64,000 nt of DNA from a virus: positions 96,001 to 160,000 of the IMG/VR virus record IMGVR_UViG_3300036987_000083. One strand, given 5' to 3'. The notes under the pieces are model-generated. The model saw nothing but the letters and a program-made list of their open reading frames with translations. It was not told where the DNA came from and did not search any database. The position numbers and the translations under genes were made by a program. This document shows positions 24,765-34,994 of the stretch, in pieces; position 1 is the stretch's first letter, and every line of letters starts with the position of its first letter.

Positions 24765-25493
24765 GTGACGGTCAATACCTTGATGGACGAGGCGGCGCTC
24801 CTCAATTGGATGCTGCGTCGTTTGGGTGCCCCTCTACTCAAGGTGGAGTTGACGCAGTGTCACTTTGAGGACAACATTTCAGATGCCAAGCACTGGTTCT
24901 CCTCGAAAAAAGGGGTGAAGAAGCAGATGATTATGCGAACCGTGCCCGGCCAAGTGGAGTACCCCTTGGCCGATGATGTGGACACGGTCCTTGACGTGGC
25001 ATTCTCTGTCCCACCCATGGACATCTCCACGGTCTTCTACCCTTTCGCCATGCAGGGAGAGTCCATCCCTTACAACGCGTTTATGGCGCCAGGCTCTGGT
25101 GGACTGTATTCCTCGTACACGCAAACCCTGATGTACGTTGAAAGCGCTAAAAGAGTTTTGGGTGCCGAGCCCGACTGGCGACAGGAAGGTCGAAAGCTCT
25201 ATTTGTTCCCTGTGCCTAAAAACGACAACGGCGTCTGGGTAGATTACAAGGCCAACGTTTTCACCATTGAGCAGCTTAATGAGCGCGACCACGATTTGGT
25301 GAAGCGGTATGCCTTGGCAAAGGCCAAGGCAGACCTAGCGGAAATTCGCGGTAAGTACGATTCTTACCCAGGGGCCCAAGGCAGCACCACGCTGAACTCT
25401 GCCATTTTGAGGGAATCCGCACTCGCAGAAATAGAAAAGCTCGAAGAGGAGATCATCCTGAGCGGGTATCCACTTGGATTCACCACGGGATGA
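24765..25493 (+). CDS. gp13: neck protein (T4 gp13-like)
   Basis: LNWMLRRLGAPLLKVELT; YALAKAK...RGKY. Confidence 0.8.
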   Translation: MTVNTLMDEAALLNWMLRRLGAPLLKVELTQCHFEDNISDAKHWFSSKKGVKKQMIMRTVPGQVEYPLADDVDTVLDVAFSVPPMDISTVFYPFAMQGESIPYNAFMAPGSGGLYSSYTQTLMYVESAKRVLGAEPDWRQEGRKLYLFPVPKNDNGVWVDYKANVFTIEQLNERDHDLVKRYALAKAKADLAEIRGKYDSYPGAQGSTTLNSAILRESALAEIEKLEEEIILSGYPLGFTTG

Positions 25494-25496
25494 CCC

Positions 25497-26087
25497 ATGG
25501 CAGACAATTGCAAGAACCCTAAACCGTACGCCTTTGCAGGGAATGGCTGCATTGTGTCCCCCATGAAGGATGGGGAGGATTTTAGAATTAGCGACTCCGA
25601 GAGGGGACTTCTCGAAGGGTACGCAAACGAGCAAACCAAAATTGGCGGGGTGCCGGTAGACTACTGGTGCATTAACGCTGTGGATACGGTGAGGGATCCT
25701 TTATACGCGGAGCCGATAGAGCGCATGTTTATTGGCCCCTTCCGTCTCTTTGCTGTATTCCAAGCGCCACAGCATACCGTTAGTTCCACGGAAGAGGGGC
25801 TCTTGGACGAGTTTACCTCCACTTGTTCCATCCCACGGAAGGCGTTTGAAGACGCTGGGGCGCCTCTTCCGGGGCCTGGGGACGTGCTAAACGTGTGGAA
25901 CCTCCCTATTTACACGGCCATATCCACCGTGGAGGCGCTGCCACTGCCGGGATCCGGCTACTACTTTGACATCTTGCAGGCCAACCCCGATGGCTACATT
26001 GCAGACAGCCCTACTTTTGTCAGGTGGGTTCTACCCCTCAAGCGCCGTACCACCTTTACGCCGGAACGCCGGTTAGTACGTCCGTAA
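25497..26087 (+). CDS. putative head closure / neck protein (gp14-like)
   Basis: Follows gp13; RDPLYAE motif; beta-rich. Confidence 0.55.
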   Translation: MADNCKNPKPYAFAGNGCIVSPMKDGEDFRISDSERGLLEGYANEQTKIGGVPVDYWCINAVDTVRDPLYAEPIERMFIGPFRLFAVFQAPQHTVSSTEEGLLDEFTSTCSIPRKAFEDAGAPLPGPGDVLNVWNLPIYTAISTVEALPLPGSGYYFDILQANPDGYIADSPTFVRWVLPLKRRTTFTPERRLVRP

Positions 26088-26096
26088 GGGGGTCAC

Positions 26097-26558
26097 ATGG
26101 GAGTAGATCCGACTAAGGTGGCACTGGCGATGGCTGGGGGCTTGAGTGCCGTGTGCGCTTCCTGTCAAAAGTACTGGGAGGCCCGGGACCGTGGCATTCC
26201 AGGCGATGCCTGCACTTCCAAGATGAAGTGCGGCTCCCCCATGGCCGGAGACGCTTTTACGGATTATGACGGGCCGCTCAAGGGTGCGCTTCATCAGTGG
26301 TGTTTTGTCTGCGCAAAGCGCTCTGATTTCGGCATTAAAGTTACGGGGCGACTAGTCACCATAGGTGTTTGCAGGGGACACGTACGCTACATAGAAGACT
26401 TACGCGTAGTAGGGGGGCCGGTGCTGCGCATAGAGGTGCAGGATGCTAACAACGCCGCTCCTGGCGTAATTCCAACGAAGCGCTCATTAGCAGAGGCTAT
26501 TAACGAGGTTGAGCGCTACTACGCCAAAAAAGAAGGGAGAGACCCCGATGCCGCGTAA
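26097..26558 (+). CDS. Cys-rich hypothetical protein
   Basis: CASC, CTSKMKC, CFVC motifs. Confidence 0.65.
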   Translation: MGVDPTKVALAMAGGLSAVCASCQKYWEARDRGIPGDACTSKMKCGSPMAGDAFTDYDGPLKGALHQWCFVCAKRSDFGIKVTGRLVTIGVCRGHVRYIEDLRVVGGPVLRIEVQDANNAAPGVIPTKRSLAEAINEVERYYAKKEGRDPDAA

Positions 26559-27402
26559 TCGAGGGTTATCTCTGCGAATTACACCCGATAAAGAGAACAA
26601 AGATGTTTTGCGGATGCTGGAGTTGAACTGGAAAAAGCGCTTCGAGAACTTGAAGGCCCAGATAGTTTACCGCGCAGCTTCTAGCTTTTTGGATACTATC
26701 CGCAAGAAAGTACCTTCGACTACAGACACAAAGCAGTACCTCGATGCTTTAGAGCTTGTTCGCATCAAGGGGCTGCCTGATGCGGCAGTCGGCTACGCTA
26801 TCCGGTCCAAGCCCAAAAAGGCACGCGGCAGCAAGCTCGGCACGGACAGCACCATCATCTACGTGCAGGCTCGCAGGAGTCCAAAAAGACTGAACCCCGA
26901 AGTGGCTACACTCGTACGGCACAGCCCTTGGACTTTAGAGTCTTTGCCATTCATGCCCAAAAAGAGTGATGCCTTACTTGTCTACCGGAAGGTAAGTGCA
27001 CGCACAGTGGAAAAAGTGACGAAGGCCCGTAAAAAAGACAGCCGAAAGTGGGTGCGAGAACTTAGTCGCAAAAACATTAAGCCCAAGAACTCCAAACGAA
27101 AGTGGAATTCCGGAAACTCAGGTCTCAAGTCCATCTCAGATATTGCATACACTGCGTTGAACATGGAGTTCGGTACTGGCGGGGTCAGCGCGCAGCCGCA
27201 CTGGCGCATCGCTGCTTCAGTATTGAAACGCAAAGAGATTGGAAATATGATTAAAGGTCAAGACTTTGCCAGGTCTGTAACAAAGCCTGAATCCAAAACG
27301 TGGGTGACTTGGCCAAAGAAGACGCAGAAAAGCATTTCGGCTACAGTAGCTAAAACTTTTGTACCGTTTCAGAAAAAGCTTGGAATCAAGTTTAACTCCT
27401 AA
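26548..27402 (+). CDS. basic hypothetical protein in the neck module
   Basis: GGGAGA RBS; K/R-rich; overlaps the upstream stop. Confidence 0.65.
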   Translation: MPRNRGLSLRITPDKENKDVLRMLELNWKKRFENLKAQIVYRAASSFLDTIRKKVPSTTDTKQYLDALELVRIKGLPDAAVGYAIRSKPKKARGSKLGTDSTIIYVQARRSPKRLNPEVATLVRHSPWTLESLPFMPKKSDALLVYRKVSARTVEKVTKARKKDSRKWVRELSRKNIKPKNSKRKWNSGNSGLKSISDIAYTALNMEFGTGGVSAQPHWRIAASVLKRKEIGNMIKGQDFARSVTKPESKTWVTWPKKTQKSISATVAKTFVPFQKKLGIKFNS

Positions 27403-27421
27403 ACCCACCAAAGGTACCTGA

Positions 27422-27832
27422 ATGAACGCACAGATTAACGGAGTACTAGAGCAGATTCGCGAGAAGCTGCTGGAGTCTGCTTGGGGTGGTGCGGTGGTGA
27501 CACCAGTTCCTCCTGGGGTGACTCCGGATCTACCTATGGCAAATACCGCGAAGGCGGCAGATATCCCGGATTCAGAGACAGATGACGCGCTCGACATGTA
27601 CCTCTCCGGCATGGTGGATAGCCTGCTGAATCAGTACGACGCTACCGACGAGGAGGCGGCCGACATTGTTTTTGCGGCAATCGACCGGGCCGTTCAGGAT
27701 GGCAAGATTCCGGAAATGCCGAGCGACAATGCGGATCCGCAGGAGATTCCGTTGTGGGTAGGCAAGGCCACCATCGCCAACCTCTCTCGCTACGTAAACG
27801 AGTTTGCGCGTGAAAATTCGGAAGAAGCGTAA
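27422..27832 (+). CDS. acidic hypothetical protein
   Basis: ORF track; packing. Confidence 0.65.
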   Translation: MNAQINGVLEQIREKLLESAWGGAVVTPVPPGVTPDLPMANTAKAADIPDSETDDALDMYLSGMVDSLLNQYDATDEEAADIVFAAIDRAVQDGKIPEMPSDNADPQEIPLWVGKATIANLSRYVNEFARENSEEA

Positions 27833-27848
27833 CTAAGAGGCGGACCAA

Positions 27849-28568
27849 ATGGCTGATAACGTCGGTACTGCTGCCCTTCGCGCACGAGTGGAAGGTAGCG
27901 CGCAGACAGGCATCGTGACCGTCAGGGACTTCGACCAAGGTGTCGTCGAAACGCTGGGTGCAGTTATAATCCACGACGCCTACTTCATTACCGAATTAGC
28001 AGGCCTAGACCCACCTCCAGGGGAGCCTGGTGTGCGAGTGGTTTTCTCCCACCCGGAGGAGGTGCTGCAAACTCACCGCATGCCCGTAATTGAGGTGCGA
28101 CGAGACGATATTAGTCCTGCGGTTCAACGCTGGCACCCGGGGATGGAAACTTACCGCGCGCCTGCGGCTGGGGCTCTTAGCACTACGTCCCCTTTTTCGG
28201 GGGATGCCCGCAGGGGTTGGACCCGCACGGAGGTTGCGCAGCAAGCTGCACCGTTTGACATCCTGTACACTATCAACATTCAGGCGAGGCAGCGCCAACA
28301 CATGGCGGCTGCAAACAAGATTCTGGCCTACGTGTTGGGCATCTACCAGCCGTATTCCTCCGTACTGATTTACGACAGCATAGGTGACCGTAGGTCCTAC
28401 GAGGCTTTTCTTGAGGCCGTCGCACCACTTGATAACGTACCGGGGGTAGGGGATCGGACAATAGGGTTTGCTTTGTCTCTTCGGGTGGAGGCGGAATTAG
28501 ATATCAATCCACCCACGAAACACGGTACAGTTTCAAGTGCAGCCCGCATTTCGCTGTTTCGGAGATAA
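27849..28568 (+). CDS. putative tail terminator / completion protein (gp15-like)
   Basis: Upstream of sheath; PFDILYTINI...QILA.V...QP pattern. Confidence 0.55.
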   Translation: MADNVGTAALRARVEGSAQTGIVTVRDFDQGVVETLGAVIIHDAYFITELAGLDPPPGEPGVRVVFSHPEEVLQTHRMPVIEVRRDDISPAVQRWHPGMETYRAPAAGALSTTSPFSGDARRGWTRTEVAQQAAPFDILYTINIQARQRQHMAAANKILAYVLGIYQPYSSVLIYDSIGDRRSYEAFLEAVAPLDNVPGVGDRTIGFALSLRVEAELDINPPTKHGTVSSAARISLFRR

Positions 28569-28575
28569 GAACGCC

Positions 28576-28980
28576 ATGGGTGACTACTACAACACGACAC
28601 GTACCTCACTCAGTGTACTTTTGGGCCGGGGAGGTTCTGTGGTTATTGGACCGAAGACTTGGTGCTACGTTTCCCCCGAGGACGAGGGTACCACAAGCCT
28701 GACGGCGTCCCTGCGTAAGGGGCACCTCGTTCGGGCTACAGCACCGAGAACGACCGCTTCGGTCCCGTCCGTGGTGCCGGTTGGTCCGCCTGTGCCTGCG
28801 GTTGCGGAGGTCCTCCCCTTGGAGGTGGTGGTGACGGCAACCCCGGTTCCAGAAAGTGCGCCTCCGACGGTCTCGACACTGGAGCCTGAGCTTGGGTCCG
28901 AGCCTGAGCCCGAGAGGCCAATTCCGACAGTAGTAGGGTATAAGCAGTCGGGTCGAAATAAGCACAGGAACTCCATCTAG
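28576..28980 (+). CDS. hypothetical protein with Pro-rich C-terminus
   Basis: ORF track; start at ATG 28576. Confidence 0.6.
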   Translation: MGDYYNTTRTSLSVLLGRGGSVVIGPKTWCYVSPEDEGTTSLTASLRKGHLVRATAPRTTASVPSVVPVGPPVPAVAEVLPLEVVVTATPVPESAPPTVSTLEPELGSEPEPERPIPTVVGYKQSGRNKHRNSI

Positions 28981-29093
28981 GAGTCTGCTACCGTGCGTGT
29001 CCGAAAGATTGAAACGCTCCAAAAAAAGTGTATGGAGCCGCAAAGTATTCTAAAACACGAACCAGCGCTCACGCGCATTACTAGGAGCTGAAA

Positions 29094-31958
29094 ATGGCAG
29101 AGATCTTGAGCGCTGGCGTCTACATCGAGGAAGTAGCGTCGAGCCAGAATGTCATTCCGGGGGTGTCTACGTCGAACCTTGGGGTCATTGGTTTTACCCC
29201 TAAGGGTCCTACGGACGTCGCCACGTTGGTAACAAGCTTCACCCAGTTTACGCGGATTTTCGGGGCAGATAACAAGCACTCGTTGGCCGTAAAGAGCATC
29301 CAGGCGTTTTACGCCAACGGCGGTCGTCGTGCATTCTTCGTGCGTGTCGTGCCCAGTGACTCTGTCAAGGCGGACGGTCGCATTCAGAGTACGACTTACA
29401 ACACCGTCCTCGAAACGGGCGACGGTGTTGCAACGGTTTACTCCAAGACCGCGAGTAACTCGGTCCTCAAGGACAACGGGGGTGCTACTCCGATTGTCCC
29501 AGGCTCGTTTACGGCCAAGTTCCGTGGTGTTGGTGCCGCGTTGAGCGACGATCCTGCACGGGCACGTGATGGCACTACCGCGCTGGTTGGTGACGGTGTT
29601 GTTACTGAATTTGAAGGACGCATTGACCCCTATAAACACCAGGTCGTGGGCACTGGCGCCTCTGGGGTGTACTTCCGTGCACTCCTTCCGGGCGCGTCTT
29701 CTGTTCGAATTGCTTATGTGTCCGGTGGATCCTTGGGCATCGTGGTTTCCGGTAACGACATCACGATTACCTACGAGGCAGGCGTCACTACTGCGACTGC
29801 CCTTGCGGCTGCCGTAAACGTACACGCCCAAGCGTCTCTGCTGGTGAATGCCACGGCGCTCGCTGGTGGTGCGGGCGTAGTGGTGGCTGTGCAGGCGCTC
29901 ACACTCCTCGCTGGAATTCCGGCAATCGATACCGAGCTAGATGTCGTAACTTCGGGTACGGGCGGTGTAGACGTTGTTATCACTTGGGGTTCTGCTGGCG
30001 GGAAATCCCTCACGTTCCCAGCAGCATCCGCTGGGCCCGTAGTAACTGGCACATCTGCTGACGGCACAGGTTCTTTCGACCGCCGCACGGGTATTTTTTC
30101 CGTTACCAGCACTGTTGCAGTCTCTGCGGATCCTGTAATGGTGACGGGTACTGCCGCGTCGGACACGTACACAATTGCCAGCGGCACTACCGTAGATACT
30201 CAGGGTCGGATGTTGCTAACGGGGGCAGCACTCTCGGGCACCGGCATTACGACTAACCATGTGAACGTGGCTGACGGTAGCTATTCTGTCGAACTCTCTG
30301 GTGGAACGCTTTTCCACCGGAACGGGAAGATGGTTGCTAGCTACAAAATTAACGCTTGGAATATCCTCCCAATTTCTAATGGTGTCTGGGGTAATGACCT
30401 CCGAGTGGATATCTCCGGGAATCAGAACTACTTCACCGCCTCTACCGGCCAGTATTCCAAGTTCAACGTCAATGTTTTGACGCGGGACAACACCACGCAG
30501 CTCTACTCGGTGGCGGAGACCTACGAAGAGTTGGTTTTCGATGACCCTACCTCTGCGGTCTATTTCCCGGACGTACTGAATGAGCTGTCGGATCTCATCG
30601 CGGTCGTAGAGCCTGGCGCAGATGAGGCGCCTGGAGAGCTGGGTGCTGTGAGCCACTCCTACGTTATTGGAGGCGGAGATGGCTCAACGGCAGGCAAGGC
30701 TTTTTCGCTGGTGCTTCCGAACACCACGGTCGCTCGGCGCAGTGTCGTAATCACGTATACCTCAGACACTGACGACTTGGTTAAGACCATTACCGACGAC
30801 GGCAGTGGCTCGATGGTTGGTGACGTGGATGGCGCAGGCACCAACACAATCTCATACACCAGTGGCGCAGTCTCCTTCTCCACCGTGCATCCGGTGAAGG
30901 CGGGTACCCTGGTTGCCGCAACCTATGCGACTGCCGCCGCAGAGACTACGCACACCGAGAAACTCGGTGACGACGCTAAGGACTACAGCTACACCTTGAC
31001 GGTGGGCGGGCTACAGTCCTTTTACACGGCGGGTAGCGATGGGACGTTCACGGGGTCCACCTACACCAGGAGCCAGTTTACGGACCCGGCGCTCATTCCG
31101 GACAATAAGGGCTTGTACGCCCTGAACCGGGTTGATGAGTTGATGCAGGTAATCGTCCCGGACTTCACAAGCGCTGGGGATATCGCAGTAATCGGAGACC
31201 TGCTGGATTATGCAGCGGATCGGGCTAGCTCTCCCTCCGGTGGTGACCGCTTCATCATCCTCACTACCCCCAAGGGCTCCAGCCCCCAAGAGGCCGTGGA
31301 TTGGTTCCGATACACGCTAGGCCGGTACAGCAAGTATGCGGCACTCTACTGGCCTTGGGTTACCGTGGCGGATTCGCTGTCTAACGGGCGAAACCTCACC
31401 ATCCCGCCCTTGGGCCACGTCGCGGGTGTGTACGCGCGAACGGATGCTACCAAGAACGTAGGGAAGTCCCCCGGTGGAACTGTAGACGGCGCGCTGCGAG
31501 GGCTGACGGGTTTGGAGTATGTTTCTACGCTAGGCGAACGCGACTTCGTGTACCCGCACAAGATTAACCCCCTCATTGACTCCGCGCAGACGGGGCTGGC
31601 AATCTGGGGCGTACGTACCATCGCGATTGAAAGCGAGTGGCGTTACATTAACGCTCGTCGTTTATTCATGTTCGTGGAGAAGTCCGTCTTCAATGCTACG
31701 CACTGGATTGTATTCGAGAACAACGGTCCAATGCTTTGGGCGAAAGTTAAAGCTCAGTTGACCGGTTTCCTTACTAACTTGTTCAACGAGGGCTACTTCG
31801 CCGGGAACTCGCCTTCGCAGGCCTTTTTCGTCATCTGCGACGAGACTAATAATCCACAGTCCAGCATTGACGCAGGACAGGTCATTATTGACGTGGGTCT
31901 CGCGCCTAACAAACCTGCGGAATTCGTGCGCTTCAGGTTTTCACAAGTTTCTCTCTAA
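29094..31958 (+). CDS. gp18: tail sheath protein (gp18-like)
   Basis: LSAGVYIEEV, YAALYWPW, PPLGHVAGVYARTD, INPL, WGVRT, WRYINARRLF, VFENN, PNKPAEFV. Confidence 0.95.
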   Translation: MAEILSAGVYIEEVASSQNVIPGVSTSNLGVIGFTPKGPTDVATLVTSFTQFTRIFGADNKHSLAVKSIQAFYANGGRRAFFVRVVPSDSVKADGRIQSTTYNTVLETGDGVATVYSKTASNSVLKDNGGATPIVPGSFTAKFRGVGAALSDDPARARDGTTALVGDGVVTEFEGRIDPYKHQVVGTGASGVYFRALLPGASSVRIAYVSGGSLGIVVSGNDITITYEAGVTTATALAAAVNVHAQASLLVNATALAGGAGVVVAVQALTLLAGIPAIDTELDVVTSGTGGVDVVITWGSAGGKSLTFPAASAGPVVTGTSADGTGSFDRRTGIFSVTSTVAVSADPVMVTGTAASDTYTIASGTTVDTQGRMLLTGAALSGTGITTNHVNVADGSYSVELSGGTLFHRNGKMVASYKINAWNILPISNGVWGNDLRVDISGNQNYFTASTGQYSKFNVNVLTRDNTTQLYSVAETYEELVFDDPTSAVYFPDVLNELSDLIAVVEPGADEAPGELGAVSHSYVIGGGDGSTAGKAFSLVLPNTTVARRSVVITYTSDTDDLVKTITDDGSGSMVGDVDGAGTNTISYTSGAVSFSTVHPVKAGTLVAATYATAAAETTHTEKLGDDAKDYSYTLTVGGLQSFYTAGSDGTFTGSTYTRSQFTDPALIPDNKGLYALNRVDELMQVIVPDFTSAGDIAVIGDLLDYAADRASSPSGGDRFIILTTPKGSSPQEAVDWFRYTLGRYSKYAALYWPWVTVADSLSNGRNLTIPPLGHVAGVYARTDATKNVGKSPGGTVDGALRGLTGLEYVSTLGERDFVYPHKINPLIDSAQTGLAIWGVRTIAIESEWRYINARRLFMFVEKSVFNATHWIVFENNGPMLWAKVKAQLTGFLTNLFNEGYFAGNSPSQAFFVICDETNNPQSSIDAGQVIIDVGLAPNKPAEFVRFRFSQVSL

Positions 31959-32031
31959 ATTTTAGAGACCTTTCGATTGAAGTAGACTTGTAGTACACTT
32001 CGTTTTCCAACAGATTTAAGGAGCAAATCCC

Positions 32032-32652
32032 ATGGCTGACGTAACGATTACCAACCTGACTGCCGCCCCTCTACACATCGGGGATCTCTACGCCACTATT
32101 CCCGCGAATACGTCCATCACGATTCAGCGCTACGCTTCGGACTTGTCGCGCATGAAGGCGCTTCAGGCTGCAGTTACTGCGGGAGAGGCGGCAGTCTCAG
32201 TCTCCCTGAGCGCGGCTGAGCTTGCTTCAGGCCTTGCTGTAGCCGAGGGCTCGGTGCAGGCAGCCGACGTGCAGGCTGTCGCTGCTAGCGACCTGGCTTC
32301 GGCCTCGTTCGAAATCCGCAAGAGCTTCACTGCGGCTGCGGCCGGTGCGCAAGACGATGTCACCATTTACGCGGCCGGGGCGTTGCCCTACAAGATGCGT
32401 ATTCTCGATGCTTACGTACTGGTTTCGACTGTGGGTACGGGCGCTGCAACGCTGACAGTTCGGGATGAAGCGGCGGGTGCAGGTACTGCTGCTGCGGTTT
32501 TCAGCAGCGCAGCCACTGGTCGCATTTCTCCGTCGTCAGCCTTTACGGCCACCACGTTGCTGACTCCTGGCGCGGCTAAGGGTCTCTTCGTTCGCCGCGC
32601 AGACCGTGATGCGGCTGGTGAAGTCGTCATCATTGCCCGTCGCGAGAGCTAA
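32032..32652 (+). CDS. Ala-rich hypothetical structural protein
   Basis: AAGGAG RBS; lies between sheath and tube. Confidence 0.7.
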   Translation: MADVTITNLTAAPLHIGDLYATIPANTSITIQRYASDLSRMKALQAAVTAGEAAVSVSLSAAELASGLAVAEGSVQAADVQAVAASDLASASFEIRKSFTAAAAGAQDDVTIYAAGALPYKMRILDAYVLVSTVGTGAATLTVRDEAAGAGTAAAVFSSAATGRISPSSAFTATTLLTPGAAKGLFVRRADRDAAGEVVIIARRES

Positions 32653-32699
32653 GCCGTCCTCGCGGTTAATACCTCAACCTAACCCTTTAGGGGACGCAC

Positions 32700-33290
32700 A
32701 TGGCACGACCACAAGCGACAGACTTCCTGCACAACATGCGGTTCCATGTGACGGCACTCACGGAAGGCACGGGGGGCACTGACCCCCTTCAGCAAGGCAA
32801 CACTCGCAGTGTTGGCACCAACACAGGCTTACCTCCGCCCCAAGCGGGGTTTATGTCCTGCTCCACGCCTGACGTGTCGGTGGGGACGGCGATGTACAAA
32901 GAGGGGACCATGCTCTACGAGCGCAAGTACCCCGGGGAGACCTCCATGGGCGGAGACCTGAGTCTTGAGCGAGGTGTCGCTCGGGGCGATTCCGCCTTTT
33001 GGACTTGGATTCGTACGGTTATTGAAGGTACTGGCGAATACCGCGCAGACCTGAAGATTAACCACTACCACCGGTCCCAGGCGCTCTCTGGGGCTCTTCC
33101 TGCCGACCAAAACAAGCTCCACCTGGACGTGGCTAGTCCAGCACGAATCTACCATGTCTACGAGTGCTTCCCCACTTCGCACAATGTTACTGGAGGCCAG
33201 TTGGCTGCTACTGACGGCGAAATCAGTGTCATGTCGCTCACTATTGCCTACGAGCACTTCTTCGTGGAAGATAAGCCTGCGACTCCGTAA
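32700..33290 (+). CDS. gp19: tail tube protein (gp19-like)
   Basis: DFLHNMRFHV, AGFMSCSTPD, YKEG...RKYPG, LSLERG, FPTS. Confidence 0.88.
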   Translation: MARPQATDFLHNMRFHVTALTEGTGGTDPLQQGNTRSVGTNTGLPPPQAGFMSCSTPDVSVGTAMYKEGTMLYERKYPGETSMGGDLSLERGVARGDSAFWTWIRTVIEGTGEYRADLKINHYHRSQALSGALPADQNKLHLDVASPARIYHVYECFPTSHNVTGGQLAATDGEISVMSLTIAYEHFFVEDKPATP

Positions 33291-33314
33291 CCCACGGGAC
33301 TGCTTGGCTACTGG

Positions 33315-33350
33315 AGGCGGCTGCCGGTCCCCCGACAGCCGCCTTTCTTT
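33315..33350 (+). terminator. intrinsic terminator ending the tail operon
   Basis: AGGCGGCTG/CAGCCGCCT stem followed by TTCTTT. Confidence 0.7.
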
Positions 33351-33428
33351 GTTCGAGCTGGGATTCTGTCGGGCAAGCGACCACATGGGCGCAACCCACC
33401 GGGGTTGCTGCTGAAACGGTTTTCGCTT

Positions 33429-33465
33429 GATGGTGCTTGACAAGCAAAGCACCATCGTGTACTGT
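33429..33465 (+). promoter_or_regulatory. sigma70-type promoter P1 of the RNA island, overlapped by an inverted repeat
   Basis: TTGACA 33437-33442, 17 bp, TACTGT 33460-33465; GATGGTGCTT...AAGCACCATC palindrome. Confidence 0.7.
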
Positions 33466-33529
33466 GCTCGTTACAGTCAAGCAGCGGGGCAGCAGGACTC
33501 CCGCCGAAAAATAGTTTGTCAGGAAGCGC

Positions 33530-33558
33530 TTGACAGGCCGTAAGAGTCTCTGTAGCGT
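33530..33558 (+). promoter_or_regulatory. sigma70-type promoter P2
   Basis: TTGACA 33530-33535, 17 bp, TAGCGT 33553-33558. Confidence 0.55.
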
Positions 33559-33806
33559 TGCACAACTGGTCGAAGTTCTCCCTTGGGGTTCCGCCGTGTC
33601 ACTCTCAACCCATCAGCACCTAACGATGAAACAAGGATGGCTTCAGGCCACAACCTTGTCCTATCGCGGTGGGTGGTCGTTTGAGAGTTTCAAGGCGCAG
33701 GCACAGGGTCGCGGTACCAATTGCCCCAAGTCCAGCGCCGTGGTTGCCATCGACCCGTCGCCACCAGACCCCTTCTAGCGAGCGCCCAAAGCGCATACGT
33801 CGGAAG

Positions 33807-33838
33807 GGGTCGGAATCGGAAAGATTCCGACCCTTTTT
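33807..33838 (+). terminator. terminator / attenuator hairpin upstream of the first tRNA
   Basis: GGGTCGGAATC/GATTCCGACCC 11-bp stem followed by TTTTT. Confidence 0.75.
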
Positions 33839-33892
33839 CGTTTCAGCTTGAAAGGAAGTTAGCGGTAGGAAGAGCACTAGTAGCGAGAGTGT

Positions 33893-33963
33893 ACGGCGGT
33901 CGTCCAATGGTAGGACATCAGTCTCCAAAACTGAGTATGGGGGTTCGAATCCCTCCCGCCGTG
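33893..33963 (+). tRNA. trnW: tRNA-Trp(CCA)
   Basis: Cloverleaf; TCAGT-CTCCAAA-ACTGA. Confidence 0.9.
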
Positions 33964-33980
33964 CAGACAAAATAGAATAC

Positions 33981-34052
33981 GCGGGTGTAGTTCATCGGTA
34001 GAACGTCACGTTGCCAACGTGAAAGTAGAGGGTTCAACTCCCTCCACCCGCT
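33981..34052 (+). tRNA. trnG: tRNA-Gly(GCC)
   Basis: TCACG-TTGCCAA-CGTGA. Confidence 0.9.
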
Positions 34053-34135
34053 TGAAGTCGCAGTACACATAGCCATGGGGATGTTGAGGGTAAGGTCACT
34101 TGTACAGTACGATCTGCTGATGTACTTTCAGAAAC

Positions 34136-34534
34136 ATGAGGAAATGCAGTCGGTGTGAGAAGACACGGAGAGCGAATTCTTTTGGCAGGCATCACTGGTG
34201 CCTGCCCTGTTGCAGAGAAGTCCAGGCAGAGCGGGTCAAGAGGAATCCAGAAGCGGAACGTCAGAGAGTGAAAGAGGCTCAGAAAAAAGCCAAAGAAAGA
34301 AACCGAAACTTTGTCGATAAGGTCAAAGACAAGCCGTGCGTAGATTGTCTAAAAAAATTCAGTTCTTGGATCATGCAGTTCGACCACCGAGGCGAAAGTA
34401 AGAAAGAAGCAGATGTATCGGTTCTTGTTCACAAAGGTTCATCTCTCAAGAGAGTTAAGCGAGAAGTTCTAAAATGCGATGTTGTTTGCGCGAACTGTCA
34501 CGCAGACAGAACACACAGAAGACGACTTGAGTGA
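34136..34534 (+). CDS. HNH endonuclease (stop codon lies inside tRNA-Tyr)
   Basis: CVDC...MQFDH...KCDVVCANCH; own promoter TTGTAC-17-TACTTT at 34100-34128. Confidence 0.85.
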   Translation: MRKCSRCEKTRRANSFGRHHWCLPCCREVQAERVKRNPEAERQRVKEAQKKAKERNRNFVDKVKDKPCVDCLKKFSSWIMQFDHRGESKKEADVSVLVHKGSSLKRVKREVLKCDVVCANCHADRTHRRRLE

Positions 34535-34614
34535 GACGTGGCCATTGGCGGCCCACCAGACTGTAAATCTGGCCTCCTTCGGGATACCGGTGGGTTCGAT
34601 TCCCACCTCACTCA
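34529..34614 (+). tRNA. trnY: tRNA-Tyr(GTA)
   Basis: CCAGA-CTGTAAA-TCTGG; long variable arm. Confidence 0.85.
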
Positions 34615-34720
34615 CAGAGTTTCAGCAGGACGGACCATCTGGGTCTCTCCGGGTACCTGATAACAGAATAGCAGTGGTGTAGGGGTGGGGCTCTGGTTGT
34701 TGAAGAGTCCTGCCCCGAAT

Positions 34721-34793
34721 GCCCCCTTAGCTCATCTGGTAGAGCACCGCTTTCGTAAAGCGGGGGTGACCCGTTCAAGTCGGGTAGGGGGCT
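34721..34793 (+). tRNA. trnT: tRNA-Thr(CGT)
   Basis: CCGCT-TTCGTAA-AGCGG. Confidence 0.9.
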
Positions 34794-34842
34794 CTTTAAG
34801 TTGTCAGTAACATAAGCTTCAAGTCGTAAGCAGAGAAGCAAC

Positions 34843-34915
34843 GGGTATGTAGCTCAATTGGTAGAGCAACCGCCTCTTAAGCGGTAGGTTGGGGGTTCAA
34901 TTCCCCCCGTACCCA
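34843..34915 (+). tRNA. trnK: tRNA-Lys(CTT)
   Basis: ACCGC-CTCTTAA-GCGGT. Confidence 0.9.
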
Positions 34916-34994
34916 CTTAGTAGTCCAACCCGTAGAGCAACATATGGAGGCAGGCATGAGTACAAGCAAACGTAGCTGTGACACGCAATGTTCT

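Noticed and set aside
34075-34110. tRNA-Tyr remnant upstream of the HNH at 34136
   Set aside because: CACTTGTACAGT is better explained as the -35 box of the HNH promoter, and no tRNA arms are recognisable.
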